Source of the DNA: Gemmatimonadota bacterium
GTDB taxonomy: Bacteria; Gemmatimonadota; Gemmatimonadetes; Longimicrobiales; Gaopeijiaceae
NCBI GenBank assembly: GCA_039589315.1
Contig: JBDHHQ010000136.1
Location: forward strand, 1 to 10,212
Direction of reading: 5' to 3'
Length of the DNA stretch: 10,212 nt
Made by a program: the position numbers and the translations under genes. The notes under the pieces are model-generated. The model was not told where the DNA came from, did not search any database, and saw only the letters and a program-made list of their open reading frames with translations. Positions within the stretch are counted from its first letter, which is position 1. Every line of letters begins with the position of its first letter. Positions 6,918-10,212 of the stretch are shown here, piece after piece.

Positions 6918-8624
6918 TCATGGCTTGGCATCCGCGATGCCGTTACCGGCATTCCGCTCCCATGCCTCTCGAACCTCCTCGAACATGGCCCGGAACGGCG
7001 GGTCGTCCCGGTATTGGGTGAGCCACGGGTCGTGCGTCAGCCACGGGTAGTTCCGAAAACCGCCGGCCACCATGTGGCGAAGCCATTCCCGCGTCTGCTC
7101 TCGGAGGCCAGCCAAAGCGTAGATCTGGGTCGTGTAGAAGCACAACTGCAGATCCCGAGCCACCTTGGCGCGAAAGCTCTCGGTCATGACCCCATGCATC
7201 CGCTCCGGGGCGTCCTCCAACGCCGCCCTCAGCAAGGGGGCTACGGAGAGGAACGGAACGGGGGAGTCGGATGCGAACTCTCTCCGCAGGATGGCCAACG
7301 CATCTTCCCCCCGCCCGACCATCGCCAGGGCGTGGGCGTAGAAGAAGCTCTCTGCCGAGCCTTCGGGGGAGCCTCGGTACGACACCTCCATGTCTTCCAG
7401 CCCTCCTTTGAGGTCACCCCCGACCTGTCGCGCGAGGCCAAGGAGCGACCGGGAGAGCGGATTGAGCGGGTCCACCTCCACGAGACGGGTGGCCGCAGCC
7501 ATCATCTCCTCGTTGCGGCCCGCCAAGGAGAGGGCGATGGCCCACCAGGTCAGGGTGTGGGGGTCGTCAGGCTTCACCGCGAGCGACCGCTCCAAGTGGT
7601 GTAGGGAGCGGTCGACGTCCTGAAGGCCCTCCTGGAAGAGAAAGCCCAGGACCATGTGGGCCTCGGGATTGTCCGGATCGAGTTTCAAAGCCCGGCGCGC
7701 GTACTCCTCGGCCAGAGCGACGTAGTCGCGATCGTCGGCGCCGATGTTGGAGAACTGCGAATACACATACCCGATACCGGCCAGAACGACCGCGTTCTCT
7801 CCGATGCGAGCGTGAGCCTGCTCCAGATGTTCCAGAGCGTGTTCGAGCGCCTCCGGGGTCCATTTGAGGGAGGCCTCACGGGCCTTGAGGTAGGACTCGT
7901 AGGCTCTTATGTCGTCCATCGGACGGGCGGCGAGTCGCCGCGCCTCCTCCGGCCGCAGGTGGAGCTCGAGCGTCCGGACGATGGAGCGCGCCACCTCCTC
8001 CTGAACGCCGAACACATCGCTCAGCGCCCCATCGTATCGTTCCGACCAGAGGTGCTCATCGGTTTCGGTACGGATCAGCTGCGCCGTGACTCGAAGGGCA
8101 TCCCCTGCCTTTCGGACACTGCCTTCCAGCACATAAGCGACGCCCAGCTCCGCGCCGATGGCCTGGGTCCCCTTGCCGGCACGCTTGAACACCGTAGCGG
8201 AGTTGCGTGACGTGACGCGGAGGTCTCGAACCCCGCAGAGGCTCGCCGTGATCTCCTCCGTGAGGCCATCGGCGAAGTAGGCGTCGGACGGATCGGGAGA
8301 GATGTTGTCGAAAGGGAGGACGACGATGGACGCCCTGTGGTCCGACGAGCGGTCCTCATCGGTCCAGGGCACCCCCGGCCGGGGTGCGGCCTGTCCGCCC
8401 GACGACGTCTCCTCCGGGCGGAGTTCGTAGGCCCAGGCCAGTACGAGAGCGACCGGCAGCCCAAGGAGCAGCACGATCGCGACGGCCCGAGATGCCACGA
8501 CCGGAAGCCCGGCAAGCTCGAAGAGGTACTGGGCGCCCTCGGCCACGGCGTAGCCCACGACGATGTACACGGCGCCGACCTGGTAAACCTTCCGGCGCTT
8601 CAGCTCGCGGGTAAAGGCCTTCAT
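6918..8624 (-). CDS. Membrane-anchored TolB-like (FlgO-like) domain plus TPR-repeat protein (about 568 aa; alternative start 8651)
   Basis: N-terminal ELKRRKVY followed by two hydrophobic segments; SIVVLPFDNISPDPSDAYFADGLTEE...YVLEGSVRKAGD.LRVTAQLI...HLWSERYD signature; TPR-like helices. No kinase or cyclase domain. Confidence 0.9.
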   Translation of the reverse strand: MKAFTRELKRRKVYQVGAVYIVVGYAVAEGAQYLFELAGLPVVASRAVAIVLLLGLPVALVLAWAYELRPEETSSGGQAAPRPGVPWTDEDRSSDHRASIVVLPFDNISPDPSDAYFADGLTEEITASLCGVRDLRVTSRNSATVFKRAGKGTQAIGAELGVAYVLEGSVRKAGDALRVTAQLIRTETDEHLWSERYDGALSDVFGVQEEVARSIVRTLELHLRPEEARRLAARPMDDIRAYESYLKAREASLKWTPEALEHALEHLEQAHARIGENAVVLAGIGYVYSQFSNIGADDRDYVALAEEYARRALKLDPDNPEAHMVLGFLFQEGLQDVDRSLHHLERSLAVKPDDPHTLTWWAIALSLAGRNEEMMAAATRLVEVDPLNPLSRSLLGLARQVGGDLKGGLEDMEVSYRGSPEGSAESFFYAHALAMVGRGEDALAILRREFASDSPVPFLSVAPLLRAALEDAPERMHGVMTESFRAKVARDLQLCFYTTQIYALAGLREQTREWLRHMVAGGFRNYPWLTHDPWLTQYRDDPPFRAMFEEVREAWERNAGNGIADAKP

Positions 8625-9102
8625 CCGTGCAAACGTCGATGACTTAGGCATGCATGAGAGTGCGGTCCTCGACCGACTCCGTCCACCCTCGCCCGTGGAG
8701 CGAGCGGTGAATGAGCACGAGTGGGCATCCTTGCCGGCGCGAGCTCTCACGGACTGCAGGACGTTACTGGGCCCTCCGGATGCGTCTCACTCTCGGGATC
8801 CTTCAGACCATCCGTAGGAATGTTGGCTAACTCGTTTCTTAGCCGCAGCCTGAGCCCACTCCCGCGCGGATTCGGCTGCCTTCGAGCGCAGCTTGAGCCG
8901 TGACCCGTGGCGGAGCCAAAACACCTGCGTTTCCGGGGGGCGACCGGTGAATGCGCTCCTGCCGCCAACGGGATTCGGCTGCATACGGCGGCTGGCTGAT
9001 CCCGCGACCTCGCGAACGAGGTCCAAGCTGCCACATCCCAGGCGGAGTCGCATGGGAGGATCCATGCCCACGGTTGGGCGAAGCCGCCTAAAGGTGCTTG
9101 TC

Positions 9103-9265
9103 CGATAACGCCAAACCGGCTGGCGACGTCGCGCCGCAGGCGAGGCGCACTTACGAAACCCCGATAGGCCACCTACGGAACGCACAACCTCGGCTGCACG
9201 CTCGGCGCGATGTGCCGCAGGCCCGAGGAGCGAACAGCGACGAGGCGCTAGACGAATCGTTATCC
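9103..9265 (-). repeat. attC-like site 6 (long family, 163 bp)
   Basis: Plus strand CGATAAC GCCAAACC GGCTGGCG-A-CGTCGC...GCGACG-AGG-CGCTAGAC GAATC GTTATCC. Confidence 0.9.
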
Positions 9266-9316
9266 GAACTGCGACACCACGCGTTCACGATTGCCGGGCC
9301 GACACTTGCGAGACGC

Positions 9317-9979
9317 TCAGATTTCCACCCATTGGCTGAACGTTCGTGCATCGCCCGGGAGCTTGAAGTGCCGGACGCATTCGTTGCGAAGCAACTGCGG
9401 CTCCAGGGGCGCGGCTGCGAACCTGTTGTGAAAGAAGTCAAGCTTCAGGCCGCCCTCATCCTCAGTGAGTATGGCGACGGCACTCAGCGACGTGTTCATC
9501 GACTCGGTCGCCGTCTTATCACGGCCGAACACCGTTGCTCGATGTCTGGGCGGCTGTGCTGGGTCCTCCGACACCGCTAGTAAGTGGGTCTCGAACCCAT
9601 ACATCCCAACCAGGACGAAGTAAGGATTCGTGTGGGCCGCTACGTACGACCTGTTCACAAGAAGGAGAATCCCCGGGACTTCCCCATCAGTCAGCTCCTT
9701 GAGTTGCGGGACCGCCTTCTTGATCTTCCGCCGTATTCGATGTCCGGGGCTGGTGCCTATCGAACCAACTTGGCCTCGCTCGAAGGCAGCTTCTGCCTCC
9801 CGCTCATCCGGGTTGTTCTCGATCTCCTTGACTTCGACAACTACCCGCTGCGCCCCGAGCTCGATCTGGTAGTCGGGAGAACGCCGCTCACCCTGAACGA
9901 TTTTGGCAAACGGAATAGACAGCTCCCCACATGCGCGTTCGAACAGTTCCTCTGATACGGTCTTGTCTTGTTCAGGCAC
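9317..9979 (-). CDS. PD-(D/E)XK nuclease-like protein (220 aa)
   Basis: GTG start 23 nt after the core; SEELF...SPDYQI...VVVEVKEI matches the E...PD...ExK catalytic arrangement of restriction-endonuclease-like folds. Confidence 0.8.
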   Translation of the reverse strand: MPEQDKTVSEELFERACGELSIPFAKIVQGERRSPDYQIELGAQRVVVEVKEIENNPDEREAEAAFERGQVGSIGTSPGHRIRRKIKKAVPQLKELTDGEVPGILLLVNRSYVAAHTNPYFVLVGMYGFETHLLAVSEDPAQPPRHRATVFGRDKTATESMNTSLSAVAILTEDEGGLKLDFFHNRFAAAPLEPQLLRNECVRHFKLPGDARTFSQWVEI

Positions 9980-10002
9980 GGCTCTCTCGCTGACCGCTGT
10001 TC

Positions 10003-10164
10003 GGATAACGCCAAACTGGCTAACGACGTCGCGCCGCAGGCGAGGCGCACCTACGAAACCCCGTCAGGCCACCTCTGGAACCCACGCCTCGACTGCACGC
10101 TTGGCGCGATGTGCCGCAGGCCCGAGGAGCGATCAGCGACGAGGCGCTAGACGAATCGTTATCT
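10003..10164 (-). repeat. attC-like site 7 (long family, 162 bp)
   Basis: Plus strand GGATAAC GCCAAACT...CG-A-CGTCGC...GCGACG-AGG-CGCTAGACGAATC GTTATCT. Confidence 0.9.
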
Positions 10165-10212
10165 GATGTGGGAAACCACCCGCTCGTGCGACCAATCGAA
10201 CGGTAAGTCTAC
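10159..10212 (-). CDS. Possible 3' end of the upstream cassette gene
   Basis: Minus frame VDLPFDWSHERVVSHIR* ends on the TAA inside the inverse core AGATAAC, a common cassette arrangement; only 18 codons are visible. Confidence 0.4.
   Translation of the reverse strand, partial: VDLPFDWSHERVVSHIR

Larger units (their letters stand above)
172..10212 (-). mobile_element. Integron-type gene cassette array (at least 8 cassettes, 7 attC-like sites; integrase not in window)
   Basis: All credible genes are on the minus strand and separated by imperfect palindromes bounded by TAAC and GTTA. The inverse core after each gene is complementary to the core before the same gene, as expected for circularisable cassettes. 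Inferred cassette limits: 638-1549, 1550-5101, 5102-5870, 5871-6590, 6591-9108, 9109-10008. Confidence 0.88.

Noticed and set aside
8825..8844. GGCTAAC as the start of an additional attC site
   Set aside because: Only a 6-bp hairpin, with no CG-A-C/AGG signature and no matching GTTA end; the ends at 6676 and 9109 already pair with each other.
632..10164. CRISPR array or REP/MITE interpretation of the repeats
   Set aside because: Repeats are 88-173 bp, separated by whole genes, with TAAC/GTTA ends that pair across each gene; there are no short regular spacers or target-site duplications.
632..10164. Sites oriented on the plus strand with all genes inverted
   Set aside because: The CGAC motif suggested it, but purine-rich loops and G:T pairs on the plus strand, TCAGGC-GTT on the minus strand of site 4, gene direction and a stop codon in AGATAAC all favour minus as the top strand.

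Overview
GC-rich window holding part of an integron-like gene cassette array read on the minus strand; no integrase is in the window. Seven attC-like imperfect palindromes (632-791, 1544-1631, 5096-5262, 5865-6037, 6585-6682, 9103-9265, 10003-10164) separate minus-strand genes. Four sites form a closely related 160-167 bp family, one is a 173 bp mosaic relative, and two are short (88 and 98 bp). The cassettes carry, right to left: a partial gene, a PD-(D/E)XK-like nuclease, a membrane-anchored TolB-like/TPR protein, a Pol-beta-type nucleotidyltransferase-like protein, a hicBA toxin-antitoxin pair, a 1020-aa beta-propeller/amidohydrolase, a coupled pair of hypothetical genes and a further hypothetical gene. 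The left edge holds a truncated IS110-like transposase in the opposite orientation. Most notable: the sites share a non-canonical stem register, cassette ends match as inverted repeats beyond the 7-bp core, and two cassettes are unusually large (about 3.55 and 2.5 kb).
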